Source: Hormiphora californensis (lineage: Eukaryota; Animalia; Ctenophora). From it: a stretch of DNA of 64,000 nt. The notes beneath the pieces are model-generated. The model searched no databases, had not been told where the DNA came from, and worked only from the letters and a program-made list of their open reading frames with translations. The stretch is taken from contig CM035357.1 of NCBI GenBank assembly GCA_020137815.1, positions 6,510,001 through 6,574,000 of the forward strand. The letters run 5' to 3'. Every line of letters begins with the position of its first letter. Within the stretch, counting starts at the first letter, position 1. The position numbers and the translations under genes were made by a program. This document shows, piece by piece, positions 13,126-24,213 of this stretch.

Positions 13126-13719
13126 GCATAGGAACCTTAGGAAAACGCAGAGCTGGAAGGCCAAGAAGGAGGGCTCAGCAAGGAAAGAAGAGGAAGGAAA
13201 CTCTCCCTCCGGGCCCACGAAGCAGGACTTAGGAACTACCCAAGGGGGAACGGAAACGCCGGGGATCCAGGAGAAGGATAACGCGCCCAAAATGCAGGAA
13301 GGAGGGAACGTTCAGGCCCCATGCGACACTAGAAGGGGGGCAAGGACCGGGGGTTCGGGGGGTCCTAGGGGGAAACCGACCCCCGGGGCCGGGGTTTTCG
13401 GGGAGGCAGGAAGGAAGGAGGGGGCACCGGCTAACGCCTCGAGGCAGAACAGAGGGAGGCAGGGGAAGAAGGAAGGAAGGTAAGGAGGAGGGGCCAAGGA
13501 AGGGAGAGGGGGGGAAAAAGGAACGAAGTTCCTTTTTTGCTTCCTTCGTGGGAGAGAGGAAACCAAAAAGCGGGAAGGAAGGAGGAAGGAGACGGAAGAA
13601 GGAAGGAAGATGGGAGAGCTAGAGGGAAGGATAGGAAGAAGGAAGGGAGGGAGACAGAGGACGAGGGGAGGGGGGGGAAAAGAAGAGGAGGAAGAAATTT
13701 ACCTTTGTAGGCTCTAGCC

Positions 13720-13985
13720 ATGCCAGATATGACAAATATGGCTACACCTACTAATGACAAAAGTGATGGCAATGCCCTTGCCGTTGGAAATACTCTCACC
13801 AAAAAGGTCCTGTCTGCCTACCGCCATGATGTGGATTACACCAAGAATCTAGACATCATCCGCACATTCAACTGTGCTCACCTGGAAGCCGCTGCACCAT
13901 TTTTCGGTGCATCCCCCGGCTCAAATGCAGATAAAATTAAACGGTACCAGAACCACACTACACTAGATGACTACATCATCATTCA
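13720..13985 (+). pseudogene. Truncated ORF, probably the N-terminus of a LINE ORF1
   Basis: Protein-like ORF (KKVLSAYRHDVDYTKNLDIIRTFNCAHLEAAAPFFG...) after a TTTGTAG acceptor, cut at ~13986 by a hairpin MITE fragment. Lies upstream of a same-strand RT fragment. Family assignment is from recall only. Confidence 0.4.
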
Positions 13986-15389
13986 GTTACCCCTCTACAG
14001 TATATTGCGATAGTAAGGCACGTTTTAGCGTGCCCGCAATTATGGGTAGTTACTACTTGCGTTACCAAGCATACAACAGATAGATAAGTTTGAAATATCA
14101 CATTACCTGTCACAGGTTCCGTACCAGAATAACAAAAGAAGATAATTTAGCAGTTAGCAATCCCTGCTTCAGCCTTCACTCATCAGTAATTGTTCTTTTA
14201 TCGATTCATACCGTTCTATGTGTTTCTGCTGAATGAGAAGGCAGATGTGTGTGAGAATTATTCATTCAAACACCGCTCGGTGGCGGGGTGCCGCTTTATT
14301 ACTGGGCGAAAATATCAAAATCATATAATATGTAATATTAATTAAGATCAATTGTAAAAATAAATTTGTGAACACGACAACTAAGGGGGTGACATGTGAT
14401 CACGTGGCATGATTTTGGCAGTGTTCTGAAGGTTGAAGGATAAGATAGCGGGACGCGATATATTGAGAGATAGGCAGATAGGGAGAAGGAGTGAGAGAGA
14501 GAGAGAGTGGGGGAGAGAGAGAGGGAGAGACTAGAGAGAGAGGGAGAGAAGGGGAGAAAGAGAGAACGAGCGACGATGCGAGATGGCCAGTGGCAGTTAG
14601 GTCATTTAATTTGTTGTAGTATAAAGTTTGTTTCCTTCCCATGAATTCGGGTTAGTTTCGTTTTTTTGGGATTGTAGTTTTAGCAAAATTTTGGTGATCC
14701 CTTTTTTAAAGGGGTCATAGAATCTATCGCATATGTGCTTCTTTTTATTGTTAATTGCTGTTTCCGTGTCTTTGTCGCATAGATCATACATAGATATTGT
14801 AAAGTCTGGGTCCAATATGTGCGATTTGATAATTAGAGCGTGTCAGTCGAAAGTGAGGAGCATTAAATATCTTTTTTGTCTCGTGCCTGGTTGCGTAAGG
14901 TGCTGCCCCCTGTGACATAAGTTCAAAAATCGCAGCTATTTTAGAGGGTGCAACACCGAGGCGTACTTTGTGCAACTGGCCTAAAATTGACTTAGCTATA
15001 AGGTTTGGTAGGGACAGGAGGGAGCATTCTTCAAAAATGGGCTTGGTATGGCACTTAGGAGGATTTTTTTGCGTTAAGAATTTTCCTAAATTATCTTCCT
15101 AAGTCCCCTATAATTGAATTAAAACTGCGTGAGTCCTTGAAATTTTCTTCTTAGCGGCCTAAGAATGTTCTTAGCTCTCTTTTTTCTTCCTAAGTAGCAA
15201 GAAAAGTTAGGACAGCTCCGGACCTTACTTAAGCCGACTTAGGAAGATTCTTACTCTGTTAGACATATATTTTGGGCCATTTTTAGAGCTAATATCATAA
15301 AAATGATGAATTTGCTCAAGCATACATGAACATACAACCTTTTTATGTTGACGCGATATCCAATAGAGTTATATTTATATCGGTTGGTA

Positions 15390-16670
15390 GCCGAGTGGAG
15401 CCCTTACTGATGACCCCTGGAAAAGGCCTAGTTCCTCCAGACCCAGTAAGGTATTCAGCGATCCATCTCAGGTAAAGGTAGAGGACGCCCTTCTAGATAT
15501 CGAGGAGCAGACAGAGGAGCTGACCGACATTACCTTCACACCGGCAGATATTGAGGAAGCGCTTGCAGAATTGAAACCACACTCAGCGTCACCCAAAGAT
15601 GGAATTCCAGCTCTCATATTAAGGGAATTTCGAAGCTATTTAGCCTACCCCCTGTGGAGACTGTGGACAGAATCCTTTGCTGAGGGAAACATTCCGGAGG
15701 AGTTGAAGAGACAGCAGATAGCCCCTATCTTCAAGAAAGGAAACAAAAGTATAGCTGAGAACTACCGACCGGTAGCACTGACCAGCCACGTGACCAAAAC
15801 CTTCGAACGAGTGGTGTGCAAGGAGATAACTGAATTTGTTGAGTGGCAAGGTATTCTAAACAACGAACAACACGGATTCAGATCAGGACGTAGCTGCCTT
15901 ACTCAACTACTTGAACACTATGATGTAATCCTGGAGGACCTCAACCAAGGGAGTGAAGTAGATGTGGCTTACATCGACTTTAGCAAAGCCTTTGATAAGG
16001 TTGATATCAGTATCCTTCTTCATAAACTGAAAAGATATGGTATCAGGGGAAGACTACTTCAGTGGATCAGAGCCTTCCTCACTGGTAGGTCACAGACTGT
16101 GGTGATAGACGGAGCATGCTCCAGGGCCGAGAGTGTCACCAGTAGTGTCATCCAGGGATCTGTGCTTGTACCCCTTCTATTCATCATATATGTGTGTGAC
16201 TTGGTATCCCGGACGACGGGAGGTACGCTTACCTTCGCGGACGACACCAAAAGCCGCCAAGCAATTACTGGATTGGAAGACAGGGATGCCCTACAAGAAA
16301 ATCTGGAACAGATAGCGGAATGGTTGGGAAGAAACAATATGCTGCTGCATGAGCAGAAGTAATACTCTGTAATACTCCGAGTTGAAGGGCATCTCCCGGA
16401 GTTCTCTGGTCTTGTTAAAGGTGTAGTTTAGGACTTCAAGAGACCGCTCCGAGAAGACTATGGTAACTCTCCTCAAGTCACTGCTAAGACCCAAACTTGA
16501 ATACTGTTCTCCCTTATGGTCTCCAACCAAGATAGGAGATGTTATCAAGATCGAAACTATACAGAGATTCTTTACCAGGAGAATTGCGGAATGTCAAGGA
16601 CTTAACTACTGGGAAAGGCTGACACAGCTGGGAATTTTATCTCTTCAACGGAGACGCGAGAGAAATAGGT
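15390..16670 (+). mobile_element. Degenerate CR1/L2-clade LINE reverse transcriptase fragment
   Basis: PIFKKG, NYRPVALTS, QHGFRSGRSC, YIDFSKAFDKV, QGSVL.PLLF, FADD motifs. Internal deletion and stop at ~16360, then LEYCSPLWSP...QRFFTRRI...LSLQRRRER. Confidence 0.92.
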
Positions 16671-16671
16671 T

Positions 16672-19258
16672 TGGTAAACTTGATAAACTTGATAAACTTG
16701 ATAAATAAACTTCATTACAGAATCGTAAACGGTGTCAGTCTTTCAGCATCCCCCTTTTGCTCGAACCTCCAAAACCCAGTCCATGATAGAATTGTTGTTC
16801 CGGGTAGAATAACCCTTCACAGGTGGATTGTCAGGGAAGTGGTCCAGCCAACGGCCCAGCAGGATCTTGAACGTGTCTAAGGTCACTGCTGTATTAACCT
16901 CTTTCGGTAATGTGTTCCATAACCGAGCGGCCCTCACAGTAAAGGAGTGGAAGTATTTTGTTGAGAATGACTTCTGTGCTCCACTGTATAGGGTAGGTAC
17001 CTCAGCTCGGATGCCGAGCCGTTGATGATGGTAAAACCGGGTATTCGTGCTGTTTGGTGCTGCACCATTATAGATTTTCCACATTTGTATTATCGTATAT
17101 CGCTCCCTGCGACGTTGCAATGACATCAGTCTTAACATTTTCAGCCTTTCCCAATAGTCAAACTGTGCCATGTTTTCGATCCTTCTGGTGAACTGTCTCT
17201 GGATACTTTCCAGAGCTTGAATGTCCCCAATCTTGTAGGGGGACCAGAGGGGAGAACAGTATTCTACTTTGCACCTTATAAGTGACTTGTAGAGTGTCAG
17301 CATAGTGGTGACTGATCTGTCCTTAAACGCTCTCAGTGCCCAGGCAGCCATCCTTCGTGCTTCTGAAGAAATCCTCATGACATGGTCTGTCCAAGAGCCA
17401 CTGTTTGAGAGAATGATGCCAAGGTCTTTCACAGTATCCGCTGGTTGTATTTCGTTGCCGGCTGGTGTCTCGTAAGAGCTGAACTCATGAGTGAAAGGCA
17501 GTTCCCGTAGAAGGAATGTTTTATTCAGGGTGTAGTGAATGACTTCAAACTTGTCCTCGTGGAGTGTCATACAATTGGCTGCAGACCATTCCACCACCCG
17601 CTGAAGATCCTCTTGCATTTCTGCCCCTGATGTTTCCGAGTTGACGCTCTTTTGGAGTTTTGTATCATCCGCAAAGGTTCTGATTTTACTGTGTATCACT
17701 TGGCTTTGGAGATCAGCTACGTAGATGATGGGGGGGTGACACGTAACACGTTGTAACACTTTGTAACATGTGCAGAAAACTTTTTGTGCACGTTACATGT
17801 TACAAAGTGTTACAAAGTGTTACATAGTGTTACAAAGTGTTACAAAGTGTTACATAGTGTTACAAAGTGTTACATAGTGTTACAAAGTGTTACATAGTGT
17901 TACATAGTGTTACAAAGTGTTACATAGTGTTACAAAGTGTTACATAGTGTTACAAAGTGTTACAAAGTGTTACATAGTGTTACAAAGAGTTACAAAGTGT
18001 TACAAAGTGTCACAAAGTGTTACATAGTGTCACAAAGTGTTACAAATTGTTACAAAGTGTTACAAATTGTTACAAAAACACAAGGATTTGTAGCGAAGCA
18101 AATTTTCAATCTTTGACCAAAAAATTGATTTTGGAAAAATTGTATTTCTTTTTCCAACAGAAACGTTGTATATCATCTTATTAAGTACAAAGAATCGATT
18201 ACCAATGAAAAAAGTCGATTGGGTCACAACTCACAGGTGACTCAGCACATTGGGGGCATCTGAGAGGCACAATACTTCTAATATCACTCTAAAAACTTTA
18301 CCGTTGTCTAAAGTTCATATTTTTCTTTACCAAATGGACTATTTCAGCCCTGATTTCCACAGTCGATGACATCGGAGGCTCAAAACATCCGCAAATTAGT
18401 AAAAAAGTGTATGTTTTAACCCTAGAAATGATTTAAAACTTTTAGATGTGTTCTAGAAAGACACCAAAGTCGTTCAAATTACTTATTCACCAACCGTTGA
18501 AAATTTGCTTCGCTACAAATCCTTGTGTTTTGTAACAATTTGTAACACTTTGTAACAATTTGTAACACTTTGTAACACTTTGTAACAATTTGTAACACTA
18601 TGTAACACTTTGTAACACTATGTAACACTTTGTAACACTATGTAACACTTTGTAACACTATGTAACACTTTGTAACACTATGTAACACTTTGTAACACTA
18701 TGTAACACTTTGTGACACTATGTAACACTTTGTAACACTATGTAACACTTTGTAACACTTTGTAACACTATGTAACACTTTGTAACATGTGCAGAAAACT
18801 TTTTGTGCACGTTACATGTTACAAAGTGTTACAAAGTGTTACGTGTCACCCCCCCCAGATGATAAAAAGGATTGGTCCAAGTACAGTCCCTTGAGGGACC
18901 CCGCTTTTAACTAGCTCAAAGTTCGATTTTTCACTGTCAACAGTAACTGTTTGGTACCGACCAGTAAGGAAGTCTTTTATCCACCTTAGTACTTTCCCTC
19001 TAATGCCTAGCTTTTCCAGCTTGGCGATGAGAATGGTATGGTTGACACGGTCGAAGGCTTTTGAATAGTCCAAATAAATAACATCAACTTCGTTCCCGCT
19101 GTTTAGCTCTCGAAAAATTCCATCCATGTGATCGAGTAGCTGTGTGAGGCAGCTCCGTTGCTTCCTGAATCCATGTTGGCTATCTGGTATGAGGTTGTTA
19201 CTTTCCAGGTGTTCCACCAACTTGTTTCGTACAACTCGCGTACAACTCGCGTACAACT
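16672..19258 (-). mobile_element. 5'-truncated CR1/L2-clade LINE (RT C-terminal half plus 3' tandem-repeat tail), interrupted by a foldback element
   Basis: ORFs 18846-19286 (QHGFRKQRSC, YLDYSKAFD, GVPQGTVLGPILF) and 16743-17759 (FADDTK, EYCSPLWSP, LWNTLP) rejoin in frame as PILFIIYVADL once 17730-18856 and one TSD are removed. 3' tail (TTTATCAAG)3 at ~16672-16710. An 11-bp unit is triplicated at the 5' break (~19228-19258). Confidence 0.93.
17730..18856. mobile_element. Foldback-type element with inverted arrays of 10-bp repeats and 7(-8)-bp TSD
   Basis: Termini G7TGACACGTAACAC / GTGTTACGTGTCAC8. AGATGAT duplicated at 17723-17729 and 18857-18863. Arrays of TGTTACAAAG/TGTTACATAG (17798-18075) are mirrored at 18531-18790, with an inner inverted repeat CACAAGGATTTGTAGCGAAGCAAATTTTCAA. 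Confidence 0.93.
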
Positions 19259-20010
19259 GGTAGAGACGTTTTTGAAAATTTTGCATTGAGCTCCTTCAAA
19301 TTGAAAGCTTTACTACAGCGCAGGACATCAAAATCAGCGCTACAATGGCGAAGAAATTACACAGAAAGCTTCAAAACACGCCTTTTTTAAACACAGCCTC
19401 AGAGATTTAGCCCTGACTTTATTGACCGTTTAATCATTGGAAAGTCCTCGATACTCTCTTCCCAACGAGCCTAAGATTGTGCGATGTGGACAAGAAATGA
19501 CAGAGTTATTGCCAAAAAAGTCAAAATTTGACCATAAAAGGGATTTTACTCCACCGTTATCCAACTTATTTTCGTCCGCAAGCATGCCGTAAGTCAAACA
19601 AAAAAGATTTTGAAACTTTTGGAGACAAAATTTTTTCAACTTTTTTTGGCAGTTTTACTCGAAATTCAAAACAGGGTGCGCGTCGCAATGCCAAAATGCG
19701 CGTCGCATGCGCGTCGCATTGTGCGCGTCTCAACACAGTGTCTCGCCTCCATGGTTCTTTTAGCCCTGCAGTCCCCTGTATTCGTTGAAAACTCACGCAC
19801 CGGGGGACTGGCAGCTGCCATATGCACTCTACAGGCTACAGAGCTTGCCTTTCGAGTTTCAGGTTTGGTTTTTCACAGTTTGGAAAATTTCAATTTTGAA
19901 AAGTTGAAGTCGCGGCCCGGTCGTATCGGGAGATCGCGCCGCGCATACTTATCAAATGACGCGCACATTGCGCGTTACACCAATTGCGTACGCGCGCGCT
20001 AAAAAATTAA

Positions 20011-20232
20011 TAGTGGAAGCTCTTACAGTAATTCCCACGCCCCGTGGGAAAGTTTTCGAGCGTGGGAAAGTTTTCAAACCGTGGGAAAAGAGAGATACAT
20101 ACAATAACTAAGAAAAAACAATTTATTTTTTATAGTTATTGTATGTATCTCTCTTTTCCCACGGTTTGAAAACTTTCCCACGCTCGAAAACTTTCCCACG
20201 GGGCGTGGGAATTACCGTAAGAGCTTCCACTA
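20011..20232. mobile_element. 222-bp palindromic MITE with eight CGTGGGAA motifs
   Basis: ~100-bp arms with one mismatch, termini TAGTGGAAGCTCTTAC / GTAAGAGCTTCCACTA. TAA on both flanks. Confidence 0.9.
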
Positions 20233-20349
20233 TAAGAATTTTTCGGATAAATTTGGGATCTAAAAAAGCTCAGTCAGATTTTTTTTCTTTACCAAACGTC
20301 CTTCCTCGCATCTTCCTCCTTTGTAGTCCATTCACGCGCCGCTCACACC

Positions 20350-22157
20350 ATGGCAAAGAAGACTGGAGAACTCCTTCTAAAACTGCGGGGTCTGATGACG
20401 CAGAACGGGCAGTTGGCAGCGTACATTGTCCCCTCGGACGACCCCCACATGAGCGAGTACGTCAGCAGCAACTTCTGTCGACGGGCTTTCATCTCCGGTT
20501 TTACTGGCAGTGCAGGAACTGCTGTTGTACTTCAGGATAAAGCCCTTATGTGGACTGACGGGAGGTACTTTCTTCAAGCAGAGACGGAAATGGACGAAAA
20601 TTGGTCGCTGATGAAAGCATTCATGCCCGGTACACCCTCGAAAGAGGAATACCTGTCTTCAAACCTGGAAAAGAGTTCTAAAGTTGGCATTGACCCAAAA
20701 ACTTGCTCCGTCCAGTTGTTCAAGACACTCAACAAGCAGCTTCGAAGTGCAGGAATGGAGCTTGTCCCGGTCGCAGATAACTTGATCGACAAAGTTTGGG
20801 ATGATGCACCTTCCGCTCCCTCCGCTCCATGTCTTCGTTCACGACATCAAGTATGCAGGTGAATCTGCTTCTTCGAAAATGGAGACACTTCGTAAAAAGA
20901 TAAAAGAGAAACAGTGTTCCGCCATTGTGCCTCAGTGCCCTGGATGATATTGCCTGGTTATACAATCTCAGGGGGAGTGATGTGAATTACAACCCTGTAT
21001 TTTACTCCTTCGCTATTATCACCCCAGATAGTTCCACCCTATTTGTTGACGAAGGAAGGGTGGGTGAAGAAGTCCGCTCCTCCCTGACCGAGACCTCCAC
21101 TAAAATCCAGCCCTACAACGCTGTGTACTCTTCTGTCAAGGAGCTGACAGACCGAGTGTTCCTGCCACTATCAACTAACGCTGCCATAGCCCAGGCAATT
21201 CCTGCTGAGCAGTGGTGTGTTGGGATGAGCCCTGTCCAGGAGATGAAGGCGATTAAAAACGAGGTTGAGCTCCAAGGAATGAGGGATTGTCACGTGAGGG
21301 ATGGGGCTGCTCTCTGTGAGTACCTCCACTGGCTGGAGACCACTGACAATAAGGATCTTGATGAGGTGGATGGCGCTGATCAGGCTGAGCTATTCCGCAG
21401 TAAACAGGATCTGTATGTGAGTCTGAGTTTTGATACCATCTCCAGTTCAGGTCCTAATGGTGCTGTGATCCACTACAAGCCCGAGAAGGGAACCTGTAGG
21501 AAGATAGACAAGAACATGATGTATCTGTGTGATTCTGGTGCTCAGTACAGGGATGGTACCACTGATGTAACTAGAACCGTCCACATGGGGACACCTACAC
21601 AGCAACAAAGAATGTGCTTCACCCGAGTACTACAGGGACATATCGACCTGGCAATGGCTGTCTTCCCTGCTGGTACTAAGGGGACTTGCCTCGACTGCCT
21701 GGCACGGAGACCTCTCTGGAATTGTGGGTTGAATTACCAGCACGGTACCGGACATGGTGTGGGCTCCTTCCTGAATGTCCATGAGGGGCCTTGTAGGATC
21801 GCAGCGGGTAGCAGGATGAGTAAACACGAGATGGGCCTCCAGAAGGGGATGATCCTGTCTGACGAGCCAGGGTATTACGAGGCGGGAGAGTATGGTATTC
21901 GAATTGAGAGTTTGGTTGAGGTAGTTGAGACTAAGGATATTGGACCACCTGAGGGGAGGTTCCTGACATTCCGGCCTGTTACCATGGCACCCATAGATCT
22001 GAGGTTGGTTGACAGGGAGTTAATGTCACGTGACCAGATAGCTTGGTTGAATGAGTACCATGTTACTGTTAGGGAGAAGGTGATGGCGCTGTGGGAGAAA
22101 CAAGGGAAGGAAGATGATCTGAAGAAGTGGCTGATTAACCAAACTAGAGAGATCTAA
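20350..22157 (+). CDS. XPNPEP1: Cytosolic Xaa-Pro aminopeptidase (aminopeptidase P, M24B), intronless, two apparent 1-nt insertions
   Basis: AYIVPSDDPHMSEY, FISGFTGSAGTAVV, WTDGRYF, DDIAWLYNLRGSD, metal ligands DSGAQY.DGTTDVTRT, HGTGHGVG.FLNVHEGP, DEPGYY, GIRIE. Dropping one base at ~20830 and one at ~20930 restores VFVHDIKYAGE...AIVLSALDD. Confidence 0.93.
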
Positions 22158-22543
22158 AAGAGGTTGTGTGTGATGTTGTGTCTATAAATGGACTATCTCC
22201 AAAATGGGATCTCTTGTTGACAAGACGAGTCTAGTTTGAAGGAGAGGAAATTGATTGGATTTATTTGATTGGACCATGATTCGAGTTATATAGGTGTGTG
22301 GGCTGAGTGAGTGTAACTTATAAAAGAGATGATATTGGGAGCATTTTTACTGCAGTTTTTTGTTGATTTTGTGTGTGTTATAGCTGTGAATTATCATTTT
22401 CATGCAATCAAACACGCAATTTTAATCTCTTAACAACCCCCTCTTTCAATCTTTCAAACTTCACTAATCTTCCCAACACCTATTCCTAACTAATCTCCCT
22501 GTTCTAGGAGTCATGAGACTCTTCTCGGCAGTTCAACAAGAAG

Positions 22544-23610
22544 ATGTGTGTGGGGGTGTTCTCCTTCATCTTCACCCTCTCACTCGGCTTCATGTTGGGA
22601 TCACTACAGACACTGGAGCTGACTGAAGAGAAGGCGAGGGTAACAGATAAACTGAACCAGGTTGAATTGGAGCTGTATGAAGCTGAAAGGCAGATCATCC
22701 ACTGTGACGCTGAATTAGGTGAGTATCACATGTACCATGTATTGTGTGTTGGTGTTTTGAAAATTCCTTGTTTTGAATGTCTTAACAAACTCCGGAAAAC
22801 GTGAGAAACACCGCAGGTCTCAACTGCAAACAACCCCCCTTGTGTTAGTAGTTTATTCAAGTTACTATGCTATGCCTAATAAGCAATGAGACATTTTTAA
22901 ATCCCTCACTATGACACACATGTGTTCTTTACAATATTTCTCCTTCCCCAGGTCACAAAATGAGGGCTGTTGATGACGAACAAAAGCCCCGGACGATATT
23001 CGTCATCACCCCCACCTACACGCGACCAACTCAACTAGCTGAGTTAACCCTACTGGCCCAATCCCTCGCCCACGTTCCCTTCCTCCACTGGGTCGTGGTT
23101 GAGTTCTCCAAAACGAGCCTAGTTCGAGACTTCCTCACCTCCACCAACATCCACTATGAGCACTTGGATAGCGAGGGAGCCATGTCGGGCTTTCAGAATG
23201 GAGTAAACGCGTGTAATGGCCTGAGGAACAAGGCTCTGGATTATCTGACAACAAAGTACAGTAATTCTAGCGGGGTGATCCTCTTTGCTAATCTGGATAG
23301 GACGTACAGCAGTGCACTTTTTGAGAAGATCAGGAATGTCGAGAAGATTGGCATCTGGAAGACTATGTTTGCTAAAGAACAGTTTACCTGCGAGCCATTA
23401 AAGTTTGTGCTCCCCCTCCCAAAGTACGCACTAAACCTCGGCTCAGTGGGGTTCTCAACTAGTCTCCTGCAGGCCAACCTCCGCTTCCCCCTCGATATCT
23501 CAGACACTGACGGGATGTCACTTTTCATTGAACAATTCATGAAGGAACCCAAGGATTTGAGGGTTATGTCATGTCACGACCAACTGGTTTGGTATACCCC
23601 AATCTTTTAG
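22544..23610 (+). CDS. Glycosyltransferase family 43 (B3GAT/GlcAT-like) type II membrane protein, catalytic residues degenerate; exons 22544-22718, 22952-23610
   Basis: N-terminal TM and coiled-coil stem spliced in frame to TIFVITPTYTRPTQLAELT.LAQSL.HVP.LHWVVVE, RNKALDYL, GVILFA..D.TYS..LFE.IR, PKDL, LVW.T. The start may be ATG 22513 if one base is an error. Confidence 0.85.
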
Positions 23611-24213
23611 AAACCTGTATCTTTTAAATACCCAAGTTTCATTTCAAATCAAATTTGAGTTCAAGTAGTTTTAGTTAATAGATTTCTTTAAAATTCCAAT
23701 CTGCAATACTTCCGCTTGAGGCGATTATATAATAGCGCTGTTTCAGAAAAGTGATAGGTTATAGTTTGTTCAAAATGTGCAAGAAATAAGTTGTATTTGT
23801 TGGGGGTGGGTGTTCAATAACATGTTTTAAGTTATTATATTGCGTGTGTTTTATATATAAAATGTGTTTAACTCTCTGTCGATCATTGCATCAGTGTATA
23901 AATCGTTTCATTAATTCCCTCTTGTTAGAGAGTTATTGATTGCTACAACAGGAGAGCAGGAGTTGAATAGATGTAGTGGTTGAGAAATGTTTTGAAGTTA
24001 AACTTTGCCAAACTGCCAAACTGTTATTCTTGTTTTACTTTCACTAAATCCATCCCATCAATCCTTTTCTACTTGAAGTAGACTACTTCCCTTGTACTTT
24101 CTAGACCCACTGGGTCCGACCCACCACTAGCAACTACCCCCCCCCCCTCCCCGCTTTGTACTATCTAGACTCAACACTTTACACTACCCCTTTGTAGACG
24201 AAACCCTGCAGCC

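Larger units (their letters stand above)
10401..19754. mobile_element. TIR-bounded DNA element (~9.35 kb) acting as a container for nested insertions
   Basis: Left end CTATGGAGGC...TGTGTTGAGACGCGCA with five GACGCGCA subterminal repeats. Right end has four TGCGCGTC repeats then TGCGCGTCTCAACACA...GCCTCCATGG. TTC (possibly GTTC) flanks both ends. Confidence 0.65.

Noticed and set aside
13130-13700. GC- and purine-rich stretch with several ORFs
   Set aside because: Low complexity and continuous with the GGAA tract. Likely degenerate satellite or poor-quality sequence; no recognisable protein.
14940-15330. Region rich in CTTAG/CTAAG motifs resembling a transposon subterminal region
   Set aside because: Could not define termini, a TSD or a partner end, so it was not called as a feature.
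17798-18840. Regular repeat array as a possible CRISPR or telomere-like array
   Set aside because: The 10-bp units are head-to-tail with no unique spacers, lie in inverted arms with a TSD, and there are no cas genes in this eukaryotic context.
20825-20935. Programmed ribosomal frameshifting in XPNPEP1 (also considered for VPS72)
   Set aside because: No slippery heptamer or stimulatory structure. Two shifts within 100 bp, plus similar indels elsewhere, point to sequencing error.
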